From the NCBI GenBank assembly GCA_001949185.1, contig BDGG01000001.1, positions 6,485,591-6,549,590 on the forward strand: a stretch of 64,000 nucleotides of DNA. Reading direction: 5' to 3'. Of this stretch, positions 1 through 14,080 are shown piece by piece. The notes below the pieces were generated by a model. The model saw only the letters and a list, made by a program, of their open reading frames with translations. It had not been told where the DNA came from and did no database searches. A program made the translations under genes and the position numbers. Position 1 is the stretch's first letter, and each line of letters starts with the position of its first letter. Source of the stretch: Ramazzottius varieornatus. Lineage: Eukaryota; Animalia; Tardigrada.

Positions 1-1796
1 CATAGGCGCTTTTGGTCCAGGCTCTTGGCTTCTATCACAATTTGGTTTCTGGGACTGTCAAAGGGGATCACAATAAACTGCAGCGGATTATCCGCTATCA
101 CTTCTGACAACATCAGATTAGAATGCTGCAACAAGAAAACACACAACCATTACATTGAAAGCCATCTTTCTAGCCTGATAAAATAAACTCGCTAAATGGT
201 TGTCAACATCACTTACTGCGATATAGTTTTTGTACAATAAGCTGCGGTCCTCCCTCTTCTTGACAATCAGTAAGCCTTTGTCAAACAAACACAGATTCCG
301 TTCACCTTTGACGCCAATCACTCGGAAAGTGTCCTCCAACGAAAGTTCACCCAAACCGAACAAATTCAAGTGTGCCTGCGAAACACGGAAAGGAACACAA
401 AGTCAATACTTTACGTGTGGGATCGTTTTCCGATACATCGATCAGGGAAAGGGAATTTCGAAAACCGGCTGCAAGTTCGACCGGTCAAGGCTATGCGGAA
501 CACGGAATCCCGCAGTAACGTCACGAACATGAATTCTTCCACTTTCAATAGAGCATTATATTATTCCAGAATAAGTATTCAACAGCTTTCGGCTATTCGG
601 TATCTTCTTTGGAATCTCAGGCTTACAGGTTTGTCAATGAGAAGCAGCTGCAGTTCTTCCAATCGGATCGTTCGGTCCCTCTGTTGTTGTAAATCATTTA
701 TCTTTTGAGCAATATCCTTCATGTCTTCATGAGCTTGCCGGACGCTGGCATAGCCAGGCATGTCTGCGTCACAGTTATCCAGGAGCTTCTGTAGGAGCAA
801 ATGGTACTTCAGGATGCGTTGGATCGGCTTCAGCAGATAAGGCCCTAGGGGCAACACATGGCCAAGATCAGTCTGTCGGTCGCGAAACCATTCAGGTTGT
901 TCTTTGGTCAATAACGCCAGGCACTCGCAGCTGGTCGGAAAGTTCAGACAGTACTCGGCGTAAATATCAAAGTCCGTAGCATGCTGCACGAAGCGCCGAG
1001 CAATAAACACTGGACCAGATAAGTCAGGCGGTAATAATAGGCCGTAAAACTTCTCGTGGAATGCCATCAGTTGCTCGAGATTTCCGAAGACCTGATCAAC
1101 ATCGGCGGCGGTGAAGACCGGAGATTCTCTCATTGGACGCAAGTATCCCTGCAAAACACAAAAAATTGATTAAAAAAGACTGGAGAAGGAACCGTCCCTC
1201 GATCAGACGACCAACACTAATAAAGACCCTATTTTTGAAAACTCGTTTCTGTTAAGTTAGTCATTGATAGAGCGTTCTTTCGGTGAATTTGGTGGCTATG
1301 GATGACATCATGGCTGACATGCTGGATGCTTGTCACTGAGCTCATTTGAACCCATAAGCTGCCCTACTTTTATTCCTTATGGGAATTCTAGGATGCACAC
1401 CTGGATCACTTGTTTAAGGTCCTCGACGTAGCTTCGTTCCGTTTGGATAATTTCATCCATGACGAAGTGGATCTTTGAACCTGCGGTATTGCCCAGTGAA
1501 GACCGACGTGTTGATGGATGGCTGAGTACATCGTTGGGCGCCAAGGATAAAGAAGATCGATGGGAGGTGGACGAGCCCGAGGCCGAACTGCCAGTTGACG
1601 AAGAGGAATTCCTCCACACGGAATGCCTGTCCAGATCGTGGGTACAGGATAGGCCGGAATCTGCCGAGAGGTTCGTGTCCACAGAGTGCACTTCATATTC
1701 CGAGCTGGAGGCAGGTGAGCTTTTGCGCGGTTCCGGCGCACCATCAAAATCCCCGATATCCTCTGCCATGGTGAAGCTCTCTAGTATGTCCACCAT
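1..1796 (-). CDS. Dbl-family RhoGEF (DH-PH), PLEKHG1/2/3-like; partial, runs off the left edge, 5' end uncertain
   Basis: Exons read across GT-AG junctions: ~1796/1769-1401, 1148-627, 375-217, 125-1. DH motifs EIIQTERSYVEDL, VFGNLEQL and LLKPIQRILKYHLLL, then PH-like LFDKGLLIVK. Confidence 0.85.
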
Positions 1797-4700
1797 GCAA
1801 GTTGTCAGATCAATACTCGATCCTAAAAGACAAGATTCCGTCAAACATAATCTCCCTAACTGCTGGACAAACGTTTTTTTCGTTCCAAGTGATAAAACTG
1901 TAAGCTCGACGCCTGAAAGTGTGCGGAACAGAATCAGCAGAAGAAACTTGCTATCGGGAAAAGGCCACCCATTAAAATTTACTCTTCTACCTGTGGCGTG
2001 CAAAACGATTATACCGTATTCAGTCGACTGCTGTAAAGTGTTATCTCTCTTTCTAAAACACAGAGTAATTGACGGTCGCGGCCAGATCATAAAGAAGTAT
2101 CACAGCTCATTCAGCCTACAGGTAACTCTAATCGGATTTCGCCATGGTCCAACATGACACATCGAGAGTAAGCACAAAGAGCACAAGTACGCCCACCGCG
2201 AACTACGCACTCGCCTGCGCTACACCTCGTCTTCCGTGTTGTCCTTCCAAATGAATCTTTGATACCAAACAGAAGATAAATCTTGACATCGTTCAAACCA
2301 TGCCGCATGATTGGCCACAGTAACGCTGAATTTACGACCACGTACGGCCAGACCGTTTGGCTCTTCTGACTGAACCACAAAAAGCTTCGCACATTCCTAT
2401 CTTATCGCGACCTCGACCATAGCAAAGCACTTTCACGCCTTCCTTTCTTCTCATCAACGGCCATTTCCAGCTCTCTTGAACGACCTCAAACGCGCCATGG
2501 TCTCTTTCTCTAAACCTCTAATTGCTTCAATTGAGGCCTTTACAGCCATTTACGATCATTTCCATCTCGCTATTTGCAGCTCCATTCGGAACAACAAAAC
2601 TGTAAAGCCACAATGAATTTACGGCAGCAATTTTCCCCTTCGAACTCCGCTATCCAAATGCTCTTCGCTTTTCTTATGCAATACCATATCCGTAGCACAG
2701 GATCCAGTTTGTTTAATCAGACAGCACGCACGGTATTTAGTCCAAACACTCGAACAAAGACAACGCGATAGGGAATTTCGATCTCCCGTTGAGTTCACCA
2801 CTTTCCCTCACTACACAGCACCTATGAATAAACCGCCATTTCCATATCGTAACCCATTTCCTTCCCCGCAATCAACCTAACTATTCATCCGTTCGGAAAG
2901 GTGGGCTGATGTTTATTCCGCAAGGTCGTTTAATACCAATTAACCCTTTTTTTTCGCGCATATCTTATTCGATTTCATCTCTCTTCCTCGCACGCATTTA
3001 TGCAAGAACTGCATCCAGAGAAATTGTTCCGGATCGCTGCAGAGACCTCGAGTTGTCTTCCTATTAAATCACCAGCCAGTCCCAGCGGGAACTATATGGA
3101 CCTCCCTGCAATACGAGCCTCCTGGGTCGCGTCCGGTTATTCCGATTCACTCGATCCAACCATTACCGCCCTAAAGCAACTCAGCAAATTAAGCCCATGT
3201 CCATCAGCACGAATACACAGCTGCAACTGTGTAGCACTGAAAAGCTTCAGCAACATAGTGCTCGGTCAAGATTTGAATGAATTGACCATAGCATCTCACA
3301 AGCTCTTGACTCGTACTACTCGAGCACAAGTACCGTACTGCAAGAGATACTGGATCCTTTTATGCCGCCCTGACTCTCGTCAACACTGTAGCTCAATAGT
3401 TCTCATCAGCATCCACCAAACAACTTTAAGTTTACAATACAGCCGCCACAATGAGCCGACCTCAACGGTGGTAGCATATACACGCAGAAACAAGTGCTGA
3501 TGTGGGATCGAACTGAAGTTCGAGGTTGCACTTCAGTTTTAACTATTTGAGGATGTTTTCTTCGATTCTTGCTCATACAATGAGAAAATGAAGGGTGCGA
3601 AGGGATTTCTCCCATCATCACGACCACAAGGATGCTTATTTCCAACGAGACTTATTTGACCCACAGTGACCATGTTGACTTCCTCGTCTAGAGCTGTCAA
3701 TCTATCCCTGTTATTATCCTATACGGTCCACTGTCCACGCGGCGTAAACGCCGTAAGCTGGGATTTATGGAGATCGATCCATACGCTGATTGAACCGAGC
3801 CATCGATTGTCTGGCGAGATATTTCGAGCTTAGCATTAGCTAGAAGTGTCCAGAATCTATAACGTAAACTCACACCAGCTGTTTGTCCGCAATATCCGTT
3901 GGTTGCACTGGCCTGCTGATCGATAGCTTGCCAAGCTTTCCTGCGTTGCTTCCTACAGGCTATACAGCAAACGGAAATCGCACTCTGTCATAATGGTCTC
4001 CTACTTGACCGACTTCTGCAATGGTTATAAAGCGGAATCCCGACACACGCTAAGCTGTATCTCCTCGTGATCCCCCAGCTTGTAAAGCTTGGAGATTCCT
4101 CCCACGAGGAAGACGGCTGAAGACAAACATGCATTCATTGACACTATAACTTAAAACTTCCATTAGTTTCCGCAGAAAAATGTCTCAAGTGCGCCCGAAA
4201 CTGCGCAATTATGCCGGAATTCAGTTAATTGAGATTTTTTGCCCGGACGATAGCGAGCATTTTCGAACGTTCAAGTGCGGGTCACATTTCCGCTGAAATA
4301 CTTTTTCCTTTTTCAGGCAAGAGCGACATCGCGGTTGAAATTCCGGGGATAACTTTCTATTCAAGCTTGCTTGTTGTATTCAAATTAGAAATGCGAAACC
4401 CTTCACAAAAACAAACTAGGTTAGAATTACATTCGAAAAGGCTTACCAAAGATTTCACGCCACTCATTGTCCATTGTCGACTTGTAATCCATTAAAGTCC
4501 TCAATGATCTCGGCATTTTCGACAGATAGTAGCAACAATGCTGCTCAAATGAAGATTTACGGCGAAGGTTGGACAAGCGCTACTTCGAGCTCACAGTAAG
4601 ACATGACGGATCTCAGTTCGGACCTCGCAGAAGAAAAACCCCTCAGCACTTTTTGCCGGCCAGAACAAATTGGTACATCATGCAAGAGCTAGCTTGTCGC

Positions 4701-7700
4701 ACGGGGTAGAAGCGAAGAAAAAGCATGGCGCGCAAAAGCAAGAAAATGCTGAAAGGCCCCCACTGTCCATCATGTTGGTCATTAGGTATACAGTAGCTGA
4801 TGATGAATCGCACAGACTAATCGTTCATACGCATGATATGAGACTACAGCTGCACCGCAGTGTGAGGAACGTGACGGCTAGACGTCACAGCCCACTCTCG
4901 TCCTCAGTGAATACATCCGCCCAATGCTTCAGTATGCAACTGTGTAGACGACAGTCGCGCCTTTCTATATGTTGATGTCGGCACCCGTCTGACCATCTGC
5001 TCCAGAAATAACACCCATAGCTCGAGCTTAGATCCGTATTCAGAAAATCCATATCCACATTGCTCATTAGAGAGACTGCTTTAACCTCGCATAAATTGGG
5101 GAGTCGAACAAGGAAGTAAGCAGCACAGTGTGGAACAGAAGATTAGCTGATTGAGGTGCAGGTCAGCATGTGACCGAACTGGGACTAGGAACAGCAACAT
5201 CTGTGCTGTTTTGAGGGATATCAGACAAAGTTTAAACTGGGTGTAATGGCGATAAAAGCAAAGCCGCTAGCTTGTTAGCGCACTTGGCAAGATACGCCGT
5301 AAATGACTGCGATTAAGCCGTGTCCGACACGAATAGTTCGCCACCATAAAACACCGCTGAACAAACTGTACCCGCCACCCCAGCACACAGCTTGAACTTC
5401 CATCTGAGGAAGAAAATCTCTGTACAAGTCAGTAGTGCACGTCACGATACATTGCTGTACAGTATAGTGGAGTACCTCAACTGGGTTTACAGTGGACCAT
5501 CGAGCGCATAGCTGATCGATCGTACTCCACAGAGCCATAACAAAACATCTCAAGATATGAAGACCCGGTTAAAACTGGACGATTTAGTCGCGCACTGCTG
5601 TATGAAAGCACAGCGACTAAATCGCTAATCGGGTGGATTACTTCGTCTTGTGGGTGGTTTTTGAGCCAATTCGGTCGTACCCTCTGAGAAAGCTCAGGCC
5701 AAACGAAAAACGGATGGAGGCGGAACCTCACTAAGGCCGTGTACATTTTCTCGACTGGGTCGTTGTGAGTGACGAGGTCGTTATGAAAAACTACGTAGAC
5801 TTTCTGCACGCTTGAAGAAGCTAGTTCGTGTAGTAGGCGAAATTTCAATCAACCCCACAGTAACCCGAAATATAGCGACGAACCAGCGTTCACAAAATAC
5901 GGTGGAAAATGCGATCAACCAGCAATCGCAACCTCGCTAGTTACTTTCGAGCTCTGCTCTTCACTTGCGATTCCTATTCGCGCCATTTCTCTCTAATCGT
6001 CCCAACAAGACGGATTGCTTTCCCTTTTGCTATCGTCCAAGGCCATCACAGCAACCCTGACTGGATCAAACTGATCATTCGGAAGCTCCATCTTCACATC
6101 GGCAGAGATAAGGAGAAAAACGACAACTCCGTGGAGAGATAAAACGCACGATCACCAGCACTCTCCAGTGCTGGGTAGAAAGCTACTAGCCTTTTTTGGC
6201 TATTAGCTCTGGTAGGCGCTTTATAATGGAGTTGGTTGGCTACGCTGGTTGCCTACCCTGACGCGTTCAGAAAGTCGACGTAGTCGGCGACGAGGTTAGA
6301 TGAAACGGGGTTGAAATGACTCATCGCATAATTTTTCGAATTTTTGAACGATTTTTGGGTTGTTATGAGTAACCCACTGCTGGGTTAAACATAATCGCCT
6401 TTATGAACGCTGGTTCATCATAATCCTCATAACGACCTAGTAGCCTACCACTAAATGAACACGGCCTAATACAGCTGGAAATTTTCCTTGCTCAAATCAA
6501 CCGAGCCTGGCTTGATTCAACACTTTTGTTTTGAGCAAGTGGCCATTTTGAATTTCGCTTTGTGGAACTCTCCATTTTCCCGGAGAAAGTGATCCGTTTC
6601 TTGATAAGCTTTCGTAATCTGAGCTTTTTATACGACTACGAGTTTAACGAAGTGACCAGGCCTTGCTGTGGAGCCAAAAATGATGTTTTACGGACGCGTA
6701 AGGCGAGTGGATCGGAGCCATGGCGTCTACCTACCACTGGGGCGATCTCGTTCGCTCCCGTTTTTCACGTCCTTTCGCCCGAGCTCGGACTCATCGATCT
6801 CAGGGTAAGAATTCTGCTTTCTTCAACCCTGAAATTCAGAATATTCTAACATGAGCCTAAGGATTTGCGGACTGGGCCGTTTCTGATCGTTTGGAGGCTT
6901 TGTAACGTTGATTGTGCTGACCGTTGATTGGTTGCTTTTATTCTTACGGTGTTCTTCTTGCAGTGCGACAGCTGATGCCGTTCGCTTCTCGGAACGGACA
7001 AGGGTTCCAATATACATTACCAAGGAGTGCCGAGCACAACAGCCATCCGATCTGAAGAGCGAGCTCGCGGTTTCACAAGTAAGCAGATTGATACGGTACG
7101 TCGACCGGATTCGGGTTTTTTTTCCAGACGTTTGCTCCAGCACATTCAGCTGCTTGATGGCTAATTTTTGGTTGTTTACAGACACATCTGACTCGCAACC
7201 GGAAGAGAATACTTCTTTGTTAATCTGTTTACCGTTCCCTTGTTCGTTCGTCTGACACCGCATGCCTTCTGACGGCCTTTTCGAGCTCGACATGGGTGTA
7301 GCAGATTGCTGTAAAAAGGTTAAGATTATCTTATGTGCATGGCACATTTTGGTCATTGAGGTTTATCCTCCGCTGCGTTTCTATACAGTTTTTAGCTTGT
7401 CGTGGTTTGGTTTTTCTGCTCTTTTGCACTTGTTTGGTCGAGTTAAAATTTCCACCAGAAATCATGTTTTCCGTCTCTACTGTAGCTAGGAAAAAAAGCA
7501 GAATCTGTGTCTGGATTATGCATCTTTTTTGGCTCGAATGAACGGCCAATTCAGAGCTTTCTTGATACAGAATAAACACTAATCCGTGTTCCAAAACTGC
7601 CTATTTTCGGAAATAGAAGAAGCTCTTCTTGATAGAATGAAAACAGCGTTTTCTGGGTTTCTTTTCCTCGAAGTTTTAGCCTATCTGATGTTGAAAAACA

Positions 7701-7791
7701 GGCTTTTTTAGATCCGGGCTAGAAGCGTGCAACTTTTTCTAGGGCTTTGACACCTTGTTTCGTATTGTTTTCTCTGTCTTTAAAACAAACA

Positions 7792-8285
7792 CTGTATTCT
7801 CTCCGGAAATGGATGTACGTTACTCAATTCAAAATGTGAAACTGCAGATATGGTCGGTAGGCGGTAGCTCATACGATTGAAACAGCTGTGACGCCACAGG
7901 ATTCAATCAATCCAATCAATCCGGAGAGTTCACATTTTGCTTGGTTCAGTTATGAAATCAGCTGTTCAGTGAATGACTCGCACAGACTAATAGTATTTTG
8001 TCCGACTGCGCTGATTGCTTTGTATCACTTCTCGTCGAACGTTCTTTTCCTACTGAACCTAGAGTTTCGTGGCTTACCGTGTTAACCATTCTGTCTCAGC
8101 TGTCGTGCGATGTCAGTTTTCTCTGTGAGCTGTCTCTTACTGTAGTTTGACTCCATAAAACGGCTACTAAAGCTGTCCGTAAATACGTCAAGATCTGACG
8201 CCATGCTGGCTTTGTGTAACAGCTACGCTAACACTCCAGTGAACCAGATATCAGTGACGTACATCTATTTCCGGAGAGAATACAG
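7792..8285. mobile_element. Non-autonomous MITE, Tc2/pogo-like termini
   Basis: 33-bp inverted repeats CTGTATTCTCTCCGGAAAT(G/A)GATGTACGT(T/C)ACT at 7792-7824 and 8253-8285 (2 mismatches), flanked by CA on both sides. Confidence 0.7.
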
Positions 8286-11200
8286 CACCAGAAATTCAGC
8301 TAACAAAACGGCAAGGCCGGCTTCCGGACGCTGAACGGAACTACGTTTGATTATCAGGGGACGTGAATGGGTTGTCACGTGCAAAGTAGCGGACTCCGAG
8401 ATTCTATGTCTGAAATTTCTGCCTCATTTTTGTGTTCGTTCCACGTCTCGAAAATACATTTGCAAGGAAAGCATCCTAAAGACAAAATTCGTCTTGCATG
8501 AAATGAATACATCTGTCAACGACGCCAGCAGTAACAACGTAACAGACCTACTCGAAACTGTTTTTCCCATTAAGTCACACCCACTTCGCTGTTCATCACA
8601 ATAAACTCCATACTTGATAAGATTCAACAGTTTATTTTGTCTACAGTAAAAATATCAGGGTACTCGACGAAGATAAAGAACAGTCGGCTAGCTTGGATAA
8701 ATCGTGAAGCTAATGAGCCATGACGAAATGATAAAGACTTGGTCGTGCTTCAGTGATAAATGCCTGCGAAGGACACAAAACGAAGAAAAACGACGCTGCG
8801 CTTCACCGGCCTGGATGTCGTAGTTCAAGCTGGAAAAGTGTGTCAGAGAACACGTGGTTGTGTTGACTTGGTGATTAGCCTTTTACAAATTTGTAGAAAG
8901 GAACAACTGTGACTGACAGTTAATTTCAGATTTCTAACTCGTGATTACAGCTCTCGGTTTCTTAAGATGTGATTATCTGCCAGTGAAACGACCACAAAAA
9001 ACATGTTTCAGCTATATTGCTCCACTTCTCGAGTTCCTAAAGGCTATAGATTTGCGAAGTTCGGCAGGTTCGCTTGACTACTTACAACCCGGAGGAAACA
9101 GAGAGTAACACTGGTTGAATAAAAGCACGGCTGCTTCCCGGATCCAGCTTCACTTTTCGTTTGCCACCAAAGTACAACATATTCTGCTTGGTAACGGTCT
9201 CACCTTCCAAACACTTCCGGAATGGACTCAACCTCCGAGCTCTGTTCTTTTTCGAGGCCGCAAATTCATTTGCACCATGTTCCACGAATATACTCATTCT
9301 TATATCCGGTCAAGCACATGAACAAAAGATTAGTGTCGAGATATCTAATAAAACGGATCCGGAAGTGGGACGAGAGTTCCTGAATATTTTTCGCTTGCGA
9401 TGAAAGAATAGCGCGCCATGAGATTCGAGATCAAAACATATTTTTAGTGTTCATTGCAATCGCAAAGCCTGAAGTCAGCTTCTGAATCAAAGCGAAGTCC
9501 AAGAATTTACATTACCATAAGTGCCTCATTCTACCATGCATAAATATCACGTAAGCTATAAAAAGTCATGCATGAACTGAAAGCCATCAATTGAGCTTCA
9601 GCCTTTGCAACTTCAGATCTTTCATAACGTCCAAACTTGAACTATGGCGGGGCCACTGTTCATGCTGATGGTCAGCAGTGTTAGTCTCTACAAATCAACA
9701 TCCTGTTGTGCCAAGAATCACCTACACAAAGAGCGAAAACGCCACCATTTATTTACACAGTCGAGGTCTGCAACAGTTGATTTCCACCGGTATTCCAAAG
9801 CCTTAGGTGATCTTTCGATTTCTACCACAACGCCATCTACACGAGAAAGTAAAGAAATCATTCATTATTCATACAGCGAAAGTAATTCTTTCAACGGCAG
9901 AGTGCGTTTCACTGCTCTCGCTCTCGGAACAATGAGGCCTGAAACAATGACAGACAGAAAAAGTAATTTCAGGCATAGAATTCGTGTTTGAAGACAAGGT
10001 TGATAAGCCTAATTGAGCCGCCGCTTATTAACATTCCGCCTTGTAATTCACTGCGCAGTAGCCTATGGGCGATCTGGCCCAGAGTCATCGAGCACTTTGC
10101 TGACGGCCTGCCTGTACCCGCCGGAATGTAGTTCCGTCACTTAACAATTGAATGCTTTGGTGTATTGTTTTCCCAGACCAAACAGCTACTGTATCTCTGC
10201 TTCCACATCACGTTCAGCTCAAATTGACTACTGTAAAATATAAACTATGACATTCCACAGACGAGGGAATGCTGAATATCTGATTTGAATGCTACAATCG
10301 TGTTGTACAGTAACAACATACACAGAACAGCAGCTTTTTTGGGAGGAAAGCAAACAAGTGACTGAACCTGATACGGTGATACCGGTGAGTGCGGTTACGC
10401 AATGTCAGGAGGTCACGTACATGACTTTGAAGTGTGAAAACATTAACGGTAGTCGACACGCATATCAGTCACAGTAATCAATTATTTCAAGGTACACCGG
10501 CATGAAATATAAATTCAGAAAGAAGATGGGAAAAACCACTTCGGATCCTGTTACATAATTGCACTTTTCGATATTCAAAGAGTCTCAATTTTCACGTGTA
10601 ATATTTGACTTACGTTTTACAAAGGGAATATTCCAGAAACAGAAGCCTTATCCAGCGGCGCAGTGCATCAACTACGTTAATTGATATATGGGACAGGTGG
10701 CTGGAGCAGTCGTACAGACGATGTCAGAACACTTGGAGGAAATCAGTAGCTGCGACAGAATCAACAGGTAAGTGCACACGTATGGTGTTACTCGATGACA
10801 CTAAAGCTGGTCAAACGATGTTCAGGCATCATAGGTAAAAGCCCTATCAAACTAGAGCTGATAATGTCTTAACAAATGACGCGAGTCTGGACAATGAGAA
10901 AATTCCTCACCTGGGCGACAGGCGCTGGTAAGTATGCTTCGATAAGACTGATGAAATTCATAGCTCAAGGGGGCGTACGGTGGTTCATGAAAGCCTCGGA
11001 CTTCAGAAGTGAGCGAGGTGCAGCCGGCATGGGTATGACGGTATGTACAGTATCATTCATCACTTCAGCGTACGTGACGAAGCATCTCATTTATGGGGCC
11101 ACACTGCTTCAATGAACATTAACGCACTCTCTGCAGTGTCTGCACGATGATATACGTTCCCGGAAGCTTTTTGTCGAGGAAACCATCAGAGAATCCCACT

Positions 11201-12031
11201 CATAGACCGGTACAGTACCTTGCGTCCATAGTGAGCATAAAGAACAGTGCTTCAGGAAAACTGACCGTACTGGTCTCAAGCGAAACATAAAAGAGTATCG
11301 TGGTGGCGCCATCTACAACACGATTCATTAGTTGCCTGCACTAATATCACTGCGAAATGCGAAGCTTTCTTCCTGTAAGCATTTTGATGGCATGGCACGG
11401 TAGCATAAAAGTAAATCTAGTGTAGCAGTGCTGGAATATTGGCTGCGTGTGTACAGAAATTGTCGGAAGCCGATTGGCTAGACTGAGGTTATCGTAATGC
11501 CCTGTGCAGACATTCGACCCGTGGCAACCCGACCATAAGCGTCGCATCCGGTGGCGTTGGAACCGATTCCAGATTTTGTGGCTGCGCTTTGACCTAACTG
11601 AAGATGATGCTCGTTCCCGACGGACTGCTGCAGTGCCGGTTGGGGAAGACCTTTTGCGTCGGTCGGCAGCTCTGCCGAAAAAGATTGCAGATGGATCGTC
11701 CGTATGCACCGTTGGCCACGAAGAAGAAAACTTAGAAACAGATGTTTATTAGTTTGGTTTGGATAGAAAAGTCCGATGGACGCTTCGTTGCATCAAGCTG
11801 AACGTAATTGCCCTGCACACTTTCGTCTGAAACTTCGGCTTACCTGCTTCCAATGGCCACGGCCCTTGCTTTATAAGGAAGTCTGCTATTGATCATGATA
11901 CTCTTCTTAGGCCTTCTAAAAGCGGCTTTCGATCAGATTCTCCTCCAAACAGTCCTTTCTCAAGAAACAAGGCTCGACGAGCTTGTTGTCAATATCTCAA
12001 CATTGTCGGAAACAGCACAGATCACTGTCGT

Positions 12032-13424
12032 TCACAAAGATGTGCAGCGGCGCATATCGTCAGCCATATGTTTTGCCTGCATCTTCGTTTCGTATCGTCG
12101 TCTGCCCGTGGTCTTCACCGACTTTCGTGACAGAGAGGTCCACAAGGTTGAGAGCGACGAGCGTCCTAGACTTCGGTTCAGGTGTGCCTTCACCATCCTC
12201 CGAAACGACGGGTTCAGCGCACAATACAGCACAAAATTCAGGGAATAATTCAAGCCCATCAAGAAGTTCTTCACTGGTACCCAATGTGCTCGTTCCAGTC
12301 TTGTCCTTCTCCGAACACACGCTCGGTCCAGGATTTCCAGTCCGTTATCCCATACCGCCACGCTCTGCGTGCTGAGATACAGCATTACGCAAACAGCCAG
12401 CATCACCGAGGCGTTGCGGTCCGACGGCGGGGTTGGCTTATTGGCTTTGCTTGATCTTACGATAACTTGAAGTTCTGCAGCACGAGCGCGCCGTTTGAGC
12501 ACCAGTAGGCGCAGTAGTGTTCCATTGAGCAGAAGAACGATAAGGAAGGTTAAAATAGGAAGAAGAGCCTACGACAAAGTTTACTTCAGTCATGTGATGT
12601 CACTGCGGAATACCGTGTTTGTTTTACGCTTACCAGCAACCAGACGTGAAGGAGGTGCCAGCGCTCGAGGAGCCATGGACGTAAAGGAAGAGGGCCGTAA
12701 CCGGCATCATTAGCGATGAACCAGTAATAATCGACCAGACGGTTCAGGGTGATCAAGAAGGCGCTAATGATGATCCCGATGACAATGTGAGCTGCCTGCT
12801 TGACGGCGTTTACCCGCTTCGTGCGTAGTGGAGATTTGACGGCGATGAAGCGGTCTACACTGAAGGCAACCACAGTCCTATCAATACAGAATAGAGATGA
12901 CTCTAAAAACTTGATTTCGTTCAGACCGGTATAAGTTTATCAGATAGGAATGACAAACATTACCAGTCTGACGTAAATGCGGCCATTTCGCCGGTAAAGG
13001 TGCAGAAACCATGGAGGCTGGTAAAGAAGGCGAGGAAGCCCTCGCTATGGTCACTGCTAATGGTTTTCATGAAGACCAAAAAGCCACCCCACCTGCGAGA
13101 GCACAGTATTAATACAGTACTTTACCTGACACGTTGACCGCTATCCATAGCAGTCAATTGATTCAGTGCATCTAGTGAAACTTACATGTACAGAAAATCG
13201 CCGATGGCTAATGCAAGGAGGTACACGTTCTTCGATGTGCGAGGCTTTTCTCCGCCAAGAACCAAGAAGTTTAGAAGGTTGCCAGCGGATGCAATCACCA
13301 ATAGAATGGGATATGACACAAAATCCAGGTAGAAGATATTCGGTCGCGGAGGGCGACTTTCCAGTTCCCATCCACAACGAAGTCCAGTATCGTGGCTGGT
13401 ATTTGTGCTAAACGAGCTGTTCAT
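12032..13424 (-). CDS. Class A peptide GPCR (FMRFamide/sex-peptide receptor-like)
   Basis: Exons 13424-13186, 13092-12964, 12877-12634, 12568-12032. TM1 GNLLN, TM2 YLLALAIGD, TM3 FSVDRFIAV, TM7 NYSLNFVLYC; N-terminal N-glycosylation sequons. Confidence 0.85.
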
Positions 13425-14080
13425 CGTTTCTAGAATGCCAAACAGCGCGGATGACTGCGTCCACTATTTTGTATGATGAACCTCTTGTGCAAGTGCATGA
13501 GCGTGTTTGTAACCAACACACACTGGACCTTTTGTAGGGAGCGCTCCTTGCGTGAGGAGACGCACTTAGAGGAAATGCTGGCTTTTCAATGTCAAAGTCA
13601 AGACTAGATTAGTCCATCTTGTTTCTGGCAGATGGCAATCAAATGAGCTGCGGGTTTAGTAGACGAAAGCAGTAATCGAGGGGGAAAAAGGGCCACATGC
13701 GGGAAGGCGTGATTAAAATACGAGATTTCAACTTCAAGCGGTCGGTCGACGAAGACGCTGATGTTTCTGTCCTCCTGAAGGTCTATAGTGGCCCTTAACA
13801 TCCTATGAAAACCACATTAACGATCGTTGGTCCTTACTTGCGCTCGACATCACTGCAAGCCAAACCTATGTAGCGATGCCTTAGACAGATAGCCGCACGG
13901 AGTTTCCAATGGTCAGTAAAGTGAGGATCATTCATGATGGTGGACAATGACATCAACTGAGCATGGATGAAGCTACGATGCATAAATTTGGATAAAACAA
14001 CTTATCGAGAAGCGAAGGCTGAACTTTACACTTTTACCCAAGACATGAAATGACGCATCAATGAAGAGAAATGTCTGACC

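Noticed and set aside
1459-2157. Long + strand ORFs (also 15758-16360, 19083-19604, 41511-42155, 59073-59555)
   Set aside because: Antisense shadows of real - strand exons; no recognisable motifs.
6167-6452. Possible hAT MITE beginning CAGTGCTGGG
   Set aside because: Right end too degenerate and no TSD.
2200-7700. Assorted 60-177 aa ORFs (e.g. 3000-3500, 5477-5848, 6823-7356)
   Set aside because: No recognisable domains or consistent exon structure; may hide upstream RhoGEF exons or decayed TEs, but not supportable.
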